A stretch of 64,000 bases of DNA from Minisyncoccota bacterium (GTDB lineage: Bacteria; Patescibacteriota; Minisyncoccia; Phycocordibacterales; SBAW01): assembly GCA_035546575.1 (NCBI GenBank), contig DASZWN010000003.1, positions 1,530-65,529 of the forward strand. The letters are read 5' to 3'. The translations under genes were made by a program, and so were the position numbers. Within the stretch, counting starts at the first letter, position 1, and each line of letters begins with the position of its first letter. This document shows positions 29,140 to 39,268 of the stretch, one piece after another. The notes under the pieces are model-generated. The model was not told the DNA's origin and searched no databases. It saw only the letters and a program-made list of their open reading frames with translations.

Positions 29140-29188
29140 GAAGAGTATTGTGAGATGGAGGAAAATATGCTTTTATTCACTACGCTAT

Positions 29189-30238
29189 ATGGTCAAATAC
29201 AAAAAACATTCAAAAACGATACTCTTTACGGGTGCGGCGGGCTTTATCGGAAGCAATGTCCTGGAGTACTTCTTCAAGAAATACCCGTCTTACAACTTTA
29301 TTGTGCTAGATGCGCTGACATATGCGGGCGACCTGGAGAATATTTCTTCTGAGTTGCGAAACAGTAACCGCTTTTCTTTTTGGTACGGAGACGTGCAAAA
29401 TGCAAAACTTGTCGACGATCTGGTTGCCAAGTCCGATATTGTGATCCACTTTGCCGCAGAGACCCATGTAACACGCTCAATTTTTGATAATTCTAAATTT
29501 TTTACTACCGATGTGCTTGGCACGCAGACTATTGCAAACGCGGTACTGGCGCATCAGGATACGATAGACCGCTTTATCCATATCTCTACCTGCGAGGTGT
29601 ATGGCGAAGGGTTAACCAAAAAGATGGACGAGTCCCACCCGCTCAATCCTCAGAGCCCGTATGCAGCAGCCAAGGCGGGAGCCGACCGGCTTGTATATTC
29701 GTATCAGCGTACCTATGGTCTCCCTGCTGTGATCGTAAGACCATTCAATATTTTGGGTCCTCGGCAGCATCTGGAAAAGGTAACGCCGCGTTTTATAACC
29801 AGCGCTTTGTTGGGTGAGGAGTTGACTGTGCATGGCAGCGGCACATACAGCCGCGACTTTATGTACGTTGAGGATCTTGCAAGAGCTCTCGATCTCATTG
29901 TGCATGCGCCGCGCGCCAAGGTGGTTGGCGAAGTGTTTAATGTCGGCTCAGGCAAAGCGCTTCCTATTATCGATCTTGCCACTATGATCGTGCAGATGAC
30001 TGGGTATAAGAAAAGCGCGATAAAACACGTAGGCGATCGACCAGGTCAGGTAAGCAACTTTGCCGCCGACTATGGAAAGATACAAAAACGTCTTAATTGG
30101 AAACCTGAAGTGTCGATACAGGAAGGTCTTGCCCGCACTATAGAGTGGTATCGTGCCAACCGACCCATTTGGGAGAAACAGATGTGGATGCGCCAAGTCC
30201 CCGTAAAGACCGCAAAAGGTAAGACAGAGCTCCACTAG
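29189..30238 (+). CDS. dTDP-glucose 4,6-dehydratase family (RfbB/RmlB-like)
   Basis: TGAAGFIGSN, DALTYAG, HFAAETHV, HISTCEVYG, SPYAAAK, DRPG. Confidence 0.88.
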   Translation: MVKYKKHSKTILFTGAAGFIGSNVLEYFFKKYPSYNFIVLDALTYAGDLENISSELRNSNRFSFWYGDVQNAKLVDDLVAKSDIVIHFAAETHVTRSIFDNSKFFTTDVLGTQTIANAVLAHQDTIDRFIHISTCEVYGEGLTKKMDESHPLNPQSPYAAAKAGADRLVYSYQRTYGLPAVIVRPFNILGPRQHLEKVTPRFITSALLGEELTVHGSGTYSRDFMYVEDLARALDLIVHAPRAKVVGEVFNVGSGKALPIIDLATMIVQMTGYKKSAIKHVGDRPGQVSNFAADYGKIQKRLNWKPEVSIQEGLARTIEWYRANRPIWEKQMWMRQVPVKTAKGKTELH

Positions 30239-30243
30239 CCTAC

Positions 30244-31374
30244 ATGAAAGTAGAATTCTTTAAACACAGTCTCGGCAAAGCGGAGCGCGATTCTCTCGAC
30301 AAGACACTGCGCTCGCTGTATCTGACCACCGGCAAGCAGGTTGATATATTTGAAAAAGGGCTTGCAGCATACTCCGGCGTGTCGCAGGCAGTAGGGCTTA
30401 CAAGCTGTACCGCGGCCATGCACCTGGCGCTTTTGGCCGCAGGTATCGGAGAGGGCGACGAGGTAATTACGACGCCGATGACTTTTGTGGCAACCTCGCA
30501 CGCAATACTCATGGCTGGTGCGACGCCGGTGTTTGTCGATGTAGAACCGGCCACAGGAAATATCGACGCAGCGCGGATCTCCGCTGCGATAACAAAAAAA
30601 ACAAAAGCCATTCTGCCGGTCCACCTATACGGACAAATGGCAGACATGAAAACAATCCTCGCGATTGCAAAAAAGCATAAGCTGGTGGTGATAGAAGATG
30701 CTGCGCATGTGCTAGAGGCAAGCCGCGACGGGGTGCGCCCGGGGGCTCGCTCATTTGGCGCGTGTCTTAGCTTTTATGCGACAAAAAGCATTACCTCGGG
30801 TGAGGGGGGCGCATTTATAACCAACAATGCTCAGGCCGCAAAAATGGTAACGCGCTTGCGCCTCCATGGAGTCAATCGCGAGCTGGTGCAGCGCGAGCGG
30901 ACCAAGCTCAATACCTATGACATAACCGAGTTGGGTTGGAAGTACAACATGGACAACATTGATGCGGCTTTGTTAACCCCGCAGTTAAAGACCATTAAGC
31001 GCAATCATGCGCGGCGCATGGCGATAGCAAAGCGCTACCGTGCGGCATTTGAGGGGTTGGTGGATATGCCGGCAATGTTGCCCAACTCGGTTCATGCGCA
31101 TCACTTGTTTCCTATCTGGGTAAACGCAAAACATCGCGACCGCATAGCGCTTGTCCTTAAGGAGAAAGGCGTGGGAGTGAGCGTGGTGCACTACCCGCCT
31201 GTTCATCTGCTCGAGTATTACAAAAAGCGCTTTGGATACAAGAAAGGCGACTTCCCACTAGCGGAGTCTATCGGGCCGCGCGCAATATCGCTGCCGCTTT
31301 ATCCTCTCCTGACCGATAAGGAAATTGAGTATGTAATCAAGGAAGTGCGTGCTGCTGTGATACAGTATTCTTAA
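30244..31374 (+). CDS. DegT/DnrJ/EryC1/StrS PLP-dependent sugar aminotransferase
   Basis: SCTAAMHLAL, PVHLYG, IEDAAH, SFYATKSITSGEGG, SLPLYP. Confidence 0.93.
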   Translation: MKVEFFKHSLGKAERDSLDKTLRSLYLTTGKQVDIFEKGLAAYSGVSQAVGLTSCTAAMHLALLAAGIGEGDEVITTPMTFVATSHAILMAGATPVFVDVEPATGNIDAARISAAITKKTKAILPVHLYGQMADMKTILAIAKKHKLVVIEDAAHVLEASRDGVRPGARSFGACLSFYATKSITSGEGGAFITNNAQAAKMVTRLRLHGVNRELVQRERTKLNTYDITELGWKYNMDNIDAALLTPQLKTIKRNHARRMAIAKRYRAAFEGLVDMPAMLPNSVHAHHLFPIWVNAKHRDRIALVLKEKGVGVSVVHYPPVHLLEYYKKRFGYKKGDFPLAESIGPRAISLPLYPLLTDKEIEYVIKEVRAAVIQYS

Positions 31375-31378
31375 ATAT

Positions 31379-32524
31379 ATGAGTAAGAAGATCCGTATCG
31401 GGTTTATGACGCATACCATAGACGGCAGAAAAGCGAAGGGGACTGCCGTTGTTGCGCGCAAATATGTCGAGGCGCTGCTTCGGCATCGAGACGAGTTTGA
31501 TATCACGTTTGTACATTACGAAAAGACCGACGACCCTATCTATACGCATGGCGTACGCGAGGTGATACTCCCAACCTTTTGGCCAAAGTTCTTCAATCGC
31601 CACAGCCTCAGGCAGACATGGTACTTTTTTACCACTAAAGACAGATACGATATCTTCCATTGGGGGCAGCCGCGGCTGTATCCGTTTTTCTGGTATGTAC
31701 CGGCCAAGCATTTGGTAGTTGCAACCCATGGAGCAGATACCGCAAAGGCCGAGCCGTTTAACTTTATGGTGCTGGTATTTAAGTGGATGCTTATTCTTTA
31801 TAGAAAAAGAGTCGACATTTCGATTGCGGCATCCGATTTTGCCAAAGGCGAGATAGAAAGGTTTTACGGCTTTAAGCCGTCGCAGGTGCGTACCATAACC
31901 AACGGCGTAGAGCCCATGTTTGTCCCTGCAAGTGCGGAGGCGGTTGCTGCAGTAAAGAAAAAGTATAAACTTCCGGAGAAATTCTTTTTAAATGTTGCAA
32001 GGCTCAACCCCGGCAAGAACGCTTTCCGTGTTATACGCGCCTACGACCTTTTTATGCGGACGCACCCTGAGGCGGATATCAGCTTTGTGAATATTGGCGC
32101 CGACGGTTTTGAGAAAAAGGAGGTGTTTGAGTTTTTGGACAAGAGTGCGTATAAAGACCGCATTACGCTCGTAGAGTATATCGAGCAAGACGACCTGCCT
32201 GCGCTCTACACCGCCGCCTATGCGCTCGTGTTTCCGCTCCTCAACGATGGTTTTGGCCTGCCGCTTCTGGAGGCGATGGCGTGCGGCACTCCTACCGCTG
32301 CATCTGATACAGCGCTGCCGGAAATTACGAGCGAGGAGGCTATCCTCGTAAATGCTTTTAGCGAGGAAGACATTGCAAAAGCGATGGAAACCTTGCTCAC
32401 CGACCAGAACCTCCGGGCAAAACTGATCCGCAACGGTTTTGAGAAAGCCCGCGCAAGCACATGGGAAGCGGTGGGCGAGAAGATAATCGCTATCTATAAA
32501 GAGTTAGCAGCACGAGACCAATAA
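31379..32524 (+). CDS. glycosyltransferase family 4
   Basis: ARLNPGKN, FPLLNDGFGLPLLEAMACG. Confidence 0.9.
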   Translation: MSKKIRIGFMTHTIDGRKAKGTAVVARKYVEALLRHRDEFDITFVHYEKTDDPIYTHGVREVILPTFWPKFFNRHSLRQTWYFFTTKDRYDIFHWGQPRLYPFFWYVPAKHLVVATHGADTAKAEPFNFMVLVFKWMLILYRKRVDISIAASDFAKGEIERFYGFKPSQVRTITNGVEPMFVPASAEAVAAVKKKYKLPEKFFLNVARLNPGKNAFRVIRAYDLFMRTHPEADISFVNIGADGFEKKEVFEFLDKSAYKDRITLVEYIEQDDLPALYTAAYALVFPLLNDGFGLPLLEAMACGTPTAASDTALPEITSEEAILVNAFSEEDIAKAMETLLTDQNLRAKLIRNGFEKARASTWEAVGEKIIAIYKELAARDQ

Positions 32525-32538
32525 ATTTGAAAAGTAGT

Positions 32539-32568
32539 AGGCCGCGGAATTGCTTCCGCGGCCTTTCT
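32539..32568. terminator. terminator hairpin between convergent genes
   Basis: AGGCCGCGGAA-ttgc-TTCCGCGGCCT followed by TTCT. Confidence 0.7.
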
Positions 32569-32579
32569 TATGCCAGATC

Positions 32580-33086
32580 TCAAACGAGCGAAGCCGCCTG
32601 CTTCAGCACGTTGTTGATGAACCGGGCATGATGCCCGTGGTCGGCGATCATTCCCTTGGGTACACCGTCGAACCACTGCATCTTGTCGGTCTCAACGACG
32701 TCGCGCGCTGTGCAGATCGCAATGTGGCTGATCGGCACGTCGTACGGATGGTCGAGCCACTTCTCCCACTCGCCCTTAGCGAGCAGAGTCAGGCTTGGCT
32801 CCGGACCAAGCTCAAGCCGTGAGAGATGCGCGATACCTTGCTCGAGCGTGTGGCGCGTACGCCACATGCCGCCAGGGATATGCCAACCGCTCCAGTACTT
32901 GTCGATGCGGTGTGTCAGCAGAATCTGCACCTTTCCTTCGTACAGCCGCACGACACACAGTTCGATGTAGGGGAGCGCAAACGCTTTTTGCGCGCCCTCC
33001 CACGCTTCATCCGGAATGAAACCGGTCGGGTCTTGTGCCAGCTCTTTGAGGAGCTCGCCGAGAAGTGTTGCCCTTTCGGGACTCAT
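32580..33086 (-). CDS. NUDIX-fold protein, GDP-mannose mannosyl hydrolase-like, with degenerate Nudix box
   Basis: ILLTHR, WHIPGG, RLELG, WFD; located next to gmd genes. Confidence 0.6.
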   Translation of the reverse strand: MSPERATLLGELLKELAQDPTGFIPDEAWEGAQKAFALPYIELCVVRLYEGKVQILLTHRIDKYWSGWHIPGGMWRTRHTLEQGIAHLSRLELGPEPSLTLLAKGEWEKWLDHPYDVPISHIAICTARDVVETDKMQWFDGVPKGMIADHGHHARFINNVLKQAASLV

Positions 33087-33204
33087 TTTGGCCAATCTAG
33101 TACCGCCCTTTCTGGCTTAGTAACCTCGCAATATGTGGAACGTGAACGCTGCTATGCATTATAGCATAGATTGATAGAAAATGCAAGTACCCCTTAAAAA
33201 CGCC

Positions 33205-34467
33205 CTATTTTCTTATGATTTCAAAACGAGGGCAAGGGACGATAAACGCTCCTCCGCCATTGAGGAACTCCTGCTCGCGGCGCACAAACGAGTCTATAAA
33301 ATGCCACGGGAGGACAAGGAGGTAATCGGGGTTTGCTTTGCGCATATCTTCCTCGGAGCTGATCGGGATGTTGGAGCCTGGAGTCTTGAGCCCAAACTTT
33401 GGCGAGGAGCGCTCGGCGATGCCGTCGACAAGCGTGTTGTCGATGCCCCACCACTGCAGGAGTGTATTGCCCTTGGTCGAGGCGCCATACGCCCAGATTT
33501 TTTTGCCCTTCTCCTTTTCGGTGCGCAAAAACGCGAGCGTCTGGTCGCGCAGGTCGGATGCTTTTTTAAAAAAGTTGAGGTACGTGTCGACCTCGGTAAG
33601 GTTGAGCGTCTTTTCGTGCTGGAGTATTGAGTTGACGCGATACTTTGCAACATCGCGGTACGGAGCCGAGGCAAACGCCGCAGGGTCGGCTCCCGCTTTG
33701 CGTATATAGATGCGGAAGCTGCCGCCGTTAACATCGTTGAGCTGGCAGTCTACGATCTCGAGCTTGTGCGCGTCGAGGAGGAATTTGAGCGAGGAGAGGC
33801 TGTAGTACTGCAAGTGCTCATGGCAGATGTTGTCGAACGCGAGTTGCTCGAGCATGAGCGGCAGGTAGCTCATCTGGATAACCCAAAGACCGTCCTTGTC
33901 CAGCACCTCAGTAACATCTTTTACAAAAGCATGAGGGTCTTCAAGGTCGTAAAACATCGCAATCGAGGTTATTACCTTTGCTTTGCGGTTGCCGTAAACC
34001 GAGGACTTGAATGCCTTTGCATTAAAGTAATCGTTAACAATCAGGTTTGCGTGCGGTTGCGAGAGCTCCTTATAGTCGTTCGGGTCGTAGCCAATGCGGA
34101 TAGCGTCGGTAGGGAGGAAGGAAAGGAGCGTTCCGTCGTTGCAGCCGATGTCAATCCATACGTCGTCCTTGCCGACACGCATCTGCTTGGTGACCGAGGT
34201 TGCAATGTCACGCAGCTCTGCGACCATCGACTCGTTGATGCCAGAGCGGTACCAATAGCGCTCATACATCTTTTCAAATGGGGCCGTGTGCGCGAGCTGG
34301 ACCAGGCCGGAGACCGGCGCGAGGCACATATCGAGCGGCACTTTAGGCGAGGTCGGCTCCGTGCCGGCCGGCAAAAAGTCAGAAAGGTGGAGTGCGCCGA
34401 GTGAGAAAAGCGGTATGAGCGGCTCTCCGGAAATGCGGCAAGTTGTCCATCGTTTTATCTCGGCCAT
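33205..34467 (-). CDS. NDP-hexose C-methyltransferase (TcaB9/NovU-like)
   Basis: GLVQL, YWYRSG, DIGCNDG, CHEHLQYYS, GGSFR, YGASTKG, PDYLLVLPWHF, FIVPCP. Confidence 0.9.
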   Translation of the reverse strand: MAEIKRWTTCRISGEPLIPLFSLGALHLSDFLPAGTEPTSPKVPLDMCLAPVSGLVQLAHTAPFEKMYERYWYRSGINESMVAELRDIATSVTKQMRVGKDDVWIDIGCNDGTLLSFLPTDAIRIGYDPNDYKELSQPHANLIVNDYFNAKAFKSSVYGNRKAKVITSIAMFYDLEDPHAFVKDVTEVLDKDGLWVIQMSYLPLMLEQLAFDNICHEHLQYYSLSSLKFLLDAHKLEIVDCQLNDVNGGSFRIYIRKAGADPAAFASAPYRDVAKYRVNSILQHEKTLNLTEVDTYLNFFKKASDLRDQTLAFLRTEKEKGKKIWAYGASTKGNTLLQWWGIDNTLVDGIAERSSPKFGLKTPGSNIPISSEEDMRKANPDYLLVLPWHFIDSFVRREQEFLNGGGAFIVPCPRFEIIRK

Positions 34468-34562
34468 AGCGAGGAGATAGTAACACATTAAGGAGACTTT
34501 TTCTATAGTTTTTGAGTTATCTATCTTGCAAAAAGGCCCGAAAAAGGCGATAGTATCGACTC

Positions 34563-35600
34563 ATGAAAAAGGCGCTTATTACCGGTATCACGGGCCAGGA
34601 TGGCTCGTATTTGGCCGAGTTTCTCCTTGCTAAGGGGTACGAGGTGCACGGGCTTGTGCGTCGCTCAAGCACCTTTAACCGCCAAAACATCGAGCATTTG
34701 GGCAGCGAGGAAAACAGCATAAAGGTGCTCCACTACGGCGACATGTCCGACATCAACTCGCTAATCAGCGTGCTCGAGAAGGTGCAGCCCGACGAAATAT
34801 ATAACCTTGCGGCGCAGTCGCATGTGCGCGCCTCGTTTGATATCCCGTATTACACCGCGCAGGTAGATGCAATAGGCGTGCTCTCTCTTTTGGAAGCGGT
34901 GCGGATTTTAAAGTTGCCTGCAAAAATATATCAGGCCTCTACATCAGAGCTCTATAGCGGCGAAAAGAATCAGGCTCCGCAAAATGAGAACACTCCGTTT
35001 AAGCCGCGCAGCCCGTACGGCGTTGCAAAGCTCTATGCGTTTGAGACGGCGCGCATTTATCGCGAGAGCTACAGCATGTTTACGGTAAACGGCATTTTGT
35101 TTAACCATGAGTCTCCGCGCCGAGGCTACAACTTTGTCTCGCGCAAGATCACGCAAGGCGTCGCAAAAATAAAACTGGGTCTCCAGGAAGCGCTCCACCT
35201 CGGCAACCTCGATGCGCACCGCGATTGGGGCTATGCCAAGGAGTATGTTGAAGCTATGTGGATGATGCTCCAGCAGGAGACACCAAAAGATTTTGTTATC
35301 GCAACCGGCGAGACGCACACAGTGCGCGAGTTTGTAGAGGTTGTGTTTGCACACGCCGGCATGCCTCTGCATTGGGAAGGGACTGGTCTTGATGAAAAAG
35401 GTATCGACCAAGACGGCGTGGTGCGCGTCGCTATAGACCCCATATACTTCCGCCCCAATGAAGTTTCCTATTTATGCGGCGATCCGTCTCTTGCAGAAAA
35501 AGAACTTGGATGGAAGGCAAAGACAGATTTTGCGACTCTTGCAAAGCTTATGTACGATTCCGATTTTGCCGCAATAGAGAAGGGAGTACACTTACGTTAA
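34563..35600 (+). CDS. gmd: GDP-mannose 4,6-dehydratase
   Basis: [47 protein letters not shown]. Confidence 0.95.
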   Translation: MKKALITGITGQDGSYLAEFLLAKGYEVHGLVRRSSTFNRQNIEHLGSEENSIKVLHYGDMSDINSLISVLEKVQPDEIYNLAAQSHVRASFDIPYYTAQVDAIGVLSLLEAVRILKLPAKIYQASTSELYSGEKNQAPQNENTPFKPRSPYGVAKLYAFETARIYRESYSMFTVNGILFNHESPRRGYNFVSRKITQGVAKIKLGLQEALHLGNLDAHRDWGYAKEYVEAMWMMLQQETPKDFVIATGETHTVREFVEVVFAHAGMPLHWEGTGLDEKGIDQDGVVRVAIDPIYFRPNEVSYLCGDPSLAEKELGWKAKTDFATLAKLMYDSDFAAIEKGVHLR

Positions 35601-36610
35601 TGAGTACAACGCAAAAACGCGCTGTTATCACAGGCATTACTGGCCAGGACGGCTCCTATCTCGCGGAATTACTTTTACAAAAAGGTTATGAGGTGGTCGG
35701 TGTCACCTTGGGCGGGAGCAGTCGCGCTAATCTTGTTGCGGTTGAGAGCAGCATTACTTTTGTAGAAGGGGACATTACCGACAAACAGTTCGTTTCCGGT
35801 CTGGTATCGAAGTATAAACCCGACGAGATTTACAATTTTGCTTCTGTGGCGACTGTGGCAAAGCCCTGGGATGATGTTGAGGGAACTATTGCCGTAACCG
35901 CCATGGCGCCTCTCTACTTTTTAGAAGCGATACGCATCTCAAGCCCTACAACCAAATTCTTTCAGGCCTCATCGGCAGAAATGTTCGGTACGCCTCAAAC
36001 AAGTCCGCAGAACGAGAGCACCCCCTTGAAGCCACGTAACCCATACGGTGCAGGAAAATTGTTTGCTCATACGATGGTGGGCATGTATCGCTCGAGCCAC
36101 AACTTGTTTGCAGTGTCCGGCATTCTCTTTAATCACGAATCTCCGCGCCGACCTGAAAGCTTTGTGACGCGCAAAATCACTTCTTCGCTCGCTAAAATAA
36201 AACTAGGATTGATGGAAAATTTTTCGATTGGCAACTTAGATGCAAAGCGCGACTGGGGATTTGCAGGAGATTATGTAGAGGCGATGTATAAGACGCTTCA
36301 GGCTGAGGAAGCAAGTGACTATGTAGTGGCTAGCGGCAAAGCGCATTCGATCAGAGAGTTTGTCGAGGCGGCATGCAAAGAACTCGACATGCCTATTGTG
36401 TGGAAGGGTAGCGGGCTCGACGAGGTAGGTGTCAGTAACGGTAAAATAATCATCACTATCAATAAAGATTTTTATCGCCCCACAGAGCCGCAGACGCTCG
36501 AGGGCGATACAACCCGTATAGAAGCGGCACTCGGGTGGTGTCCACAAGTAGGGTTTGAGGAGCTCGTTGCTATGATGGTCCGGGCAGATACTCGCGCGCT
36601 CGGCAGGTAA
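35600..36610 (+). CDS. second GDP-mannose 4,6-dehydratase-like protein
   Basis: [32 protein letters not shown]; start ATG 35600 overlaps the gmd stop. Confidence 0.88.
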   Translation: MSTTQKRAVITGITGQDGSYLAELLLQKGYEVVGVTLGGSSRANLVAVESSITFVEGDITDKQFVSGLVSKYKPDEIYNFASVATVAKPWDDVEGTIAVTAMAPLYFLEAIRISSPTTKFFQASSAEMFGTPQTSPQNESTPLKPRNPYGAGKLFAHTMVGMYRSSHNLFAVSGILFNHESPRRPESFVTRKITSSLAKIKLGLMENFSIGNLDAKRDWGFAGDYVEAMYKTLQAEEASDYVVASGKAHSIREFVEAACKELDMPIVWKGSGLDEVGVSNGKIIITINKDFYRPTEPQTLEGDTTRIEAALGWCPQVGFEELVAMMVRADTRALGR

Positions 36611-36646
36611 CCCGCTGTGCTATCATCGAAAAGCGCATACTTTTAT

Positions 36647-38209
36647 ATGCTGAATACTATAAAGACTCACTGGCTTTCTTTTTTGCTTATAGCGCTCGCT
36701 CTGCTGGCGCAGGTTTTTTTGATCACACGGTCGTTCTCGTTTTTGCTCACCAACGTTCTGCCCGACGACGCTTTTTATTACTTTCAGATCGCACACAATA
36801 TTGCGCTCGGGCTGGGCTCTACATTTGATGGCGTCAACGCAACGAACGGGTACCACCCCCTGTGGATGGTGATATTGGTAGGCATATATAAAGTATGGGG
36901 GAGCGGAGCAGTGGGAGATATGCTGCCGATACATATTGCACTCGGTATATCCATAGCGCTCAATGCGCTCACGGGTCTTATAGTCTGGCGCATACTCACA
37001 CGTTTTTCGAGCAATCAGTGGCTCGTCGCTGCGGGCGTGTTTGTCTGGTCGCTCAATCCGTTTATGCTCTTTGAGACTATCAACGGTCTCGAGACCTCCC
37101 TCTCGCTGTTTTTCTTTGCAGCCTTCTTTTTACTGGCAGTGCGCCTCCAAGAGGGCCGTGTACCGCAGAATATTGTTAGCGCTCTTGTGCTCGGCACAGT
37201 AGGAGGATTATTGGTGCTTGCGCGGCTAGACCTGGCGATTTATTTTGCCGCGTGGTGGGTGTGGTTTGTGCTGCGAGACTGGAAGAGCAACTGGGTATTT
37301 GCGGTACAGACCGGAGTTGTGGCGGCCCTTGTCGCATCGCCCTGGTTCCTATGGAATTATTCGCACTTCCATATGCTCTTTACCTCTGCCTCGCGCGCAA
37401 CCGACCTCGTAAACCACACGCTTATCTATCAAGACAACGGCACTAGTATCGTGCAAACAATCAAAGCGGTGTTCTATAGTTTGTATAATGGTGGCGAGCT
37501 TATTCTTGGTCGCACGGGAGCACCAGTGCTCGCTCTTATACTCTTGGGGCTGGGTGTTGCATACGCAGCCGGCAAGCGATTGCGCCTGCCGCGCCTAAAA
37601 GAGTTGAGTGTTGAGTACGCATTGCTGGTCGGTTTTATAGTTTTGTTTTTAGCAAACGTTGCAGTGCGGTGGGGAGGCAGACCTTGGTACTTTATGTCGC
37701 TTGAGCTGTTTATTGCGATCGGTGCCGTATTAGGATTGCAGGAATTCTTTCGCGATATATCGTATAAGCGCATGTATGCGGTTGGACTGATCGGATTAAC
37801 TCTATTTTTCTTTGCGGTTTCTTGGAGCAAAGAACTGCGCGGACAATATAGTAACCAAACCGAGATGTACGTCATGGCGCAATGGATGAATGAACATTTG
37901 CACAAAGACACAGTTGTAGGCGCGTTTAATGCGGGTGTAGAAGGATACTTTTCAAACGCGAAGGTAGTAAACCTCGACGGACTGGTCAATTACAATGCAT
38001 ACGAAGCAATGCGTATACATAAGCTGTATTCCTATATTCGCGACTCAAAGATCGCCTATATTAGCGACTGGCCGATATCGCTCAACTATCGCTACAAAAG
38101 CTTCTTAGATAATTTTGACGCGCAGATGGCATTGAGTGTTGTGCATGCCGAAGGCTCAGATATTAACGGGCGCTTTGCTGGAGGCCTCACGCTCTACAAG
38201 CTCAAATAA
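36647..38209 (+). CDS. GT-C fold membrane glycosyltransferase
   Basis: PDDAFYYFQIAHN, STFDG..TNGYHPLW, NGLET, ARLD, NLDGLVN. Confidence 0.75.
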   Translation: MLNTIKTHWLSFLLIALALLAQVFLITRSFSFLLTNVLPDDAFYYFQIAHNIALGLGSTFDGVNATNGYHPLWMVILVGIYKVWGSGAVGDMLPIHIALGISIALNALTGLIVWRILTRFSSNQWLVAAGVFVWSLNPFMLFETINGLETSLSLFFFAAFFLLAVRLQEGRVPQNIVSALVLGTVGGLLVLARLDLAIYFAAWWVWFVLRDWKSNWVFAVQTGVVAALVASPWFLWNYSHFHMLFTSASRATDLVNHTLIYQDNGTSIVQTIKAVFYSLYNGGELILGRTGAPVLALILLGLGVAYAAGKRLRLPRLKELSVEYALLVGFIVLFLANVAVRWGGRPWYFMSLELFIAIGAVLGLQEFFRDISYKRMYAVGLIGLTLFFFAVSWSKELRGQYSNQTEMYVMAQWMNEHLHKDTVVGAFNAGVEGYFSNAKVVNLDGLVNYNAYEAMRIHKLYSYIRDSKIAYISDWPISLNYRYKSFLDNFDAQMALSVVHAEGSDINGRFAGGLTLYKLK

Positions 38210-38212
38210 TAT

Positions 38213-39268
38213 ATGACCCGCATCCACGTTGCGTCACAGATTTCCGGAGAGCAGGCGGTATTTCTGGTGCAGTCATGGAGGGGTGCCGGCCCGCAATCGG
38301 GCGATACAACTATCTTTAACAAATCTTTGCCGAGCGATTGGGGATACAGAGGTTTTACGCTTGATGCTTCACCCGAGGAGGCTCATTACATACTTGCACC
38401 GCACCCGGTGCGGCGTATGGACGAGAAGGGCAAAAAGTATGTTGACGAAATGCAGCACTACGCGGCGAAGTACGGCAAGCAGTTACTCATATTTACCGGC
38501 GGCGATTTGCAGCACAATGTGTTTATCGAGGGAGCAATCGTACTCAAGGGCTCGCAGTACCGCTCTATTATGCGCAACAACGAGATACTCGTGCCCCCGT
38601 TTGTAGAAGACTTAGGAAAGGTGGAGGCTCCAAGTGTACGGCATAAAGGCAACAAACCAGTTGTAGCTTTTTGTGGCTATGCAGGGATCGACTCCGGCCT
38701 CGGCTGGGCCAAATTTTTTGTGCGCAATATGCTGCTCGACATAGAGGCGCTTACAACCGGCAACCCGCTGAGGCAGGCCTACAAGCGGGGGATATACTTC
38801 CGCCGCAAAGCAATGCGGGCACTCGAGAAGGATCAACGCATAGAGACGCGCTTTATTGTCCGCAAAACATTCTCCGGTAATAAAAATTTAATCTCGCTTG
38901 ATCCGGCACAGGCGCGCCAGGAGTACTTGGAAAATATGCGCGACTGCGACCTTATGCTCGCCCCTAAAGGCGACGGCAACTTTTCGCTCCGGTTTTTTGA
39001 GGCGCTGAGCATGGGGCGCATACCGCTCCTTATCGACACCGACACGGTGCTCCCGCTTGAGGAGATGGTGGATTACAAAAGGTTTGTGCTAAAGGTGCCT
39101 TATACAGACATTGCGCATCTGCCGGATATTGTTGCCGATTTTTACAGCGTTCTGTCGCAAGAGGAGTTTGCCGCAATGCAGCGTGAAGCTCGGAGAGTTT
39201 TTGCAGAATACTTGCGTATAGATGCCTTCTTTAGTTATCTGTTTGGGACGGTGCTCGCTGCCTCATAA
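38213..39268 (+). CDS. exostosin-family (GT47-like) glycosyltransferase
   Basis: FCG, EYLENMRDCDLMLAPKGDGNFSLRFFEALSMGRIP. Confidence 0.8.
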   Translation: MTRIHVASQISGEQAVFLVQSWRGAGPQSGDTTIFNKSLPSDWGYRGFTLDASPEEAHYILAPHPVRRMDEKGKKYVDEMQHYAAKYGKQLLIFTGGDLQHNVFIEGAIVLKGSQYRSIMRNNEILVPPFVEDLGKVEAPSVRHKGNKPVVAFCGYAGIDSGLGWAKFFVRNMLLDIEALTTGNPLRQAYKRGIYFRRKAMRALEKDQRIETRFIVRKTFSGNKNLISLDPAQARQEYLENMRDCDLMLAPKGDGNFSLRFFEALSMGRIPLLIDTDTVLPLEEMVDYKRFVLKVPYTDIAHLPDIVADFYSVLSQEEFAAMQREARRVFAEYLRIDAFFSYLFGTVLAAS

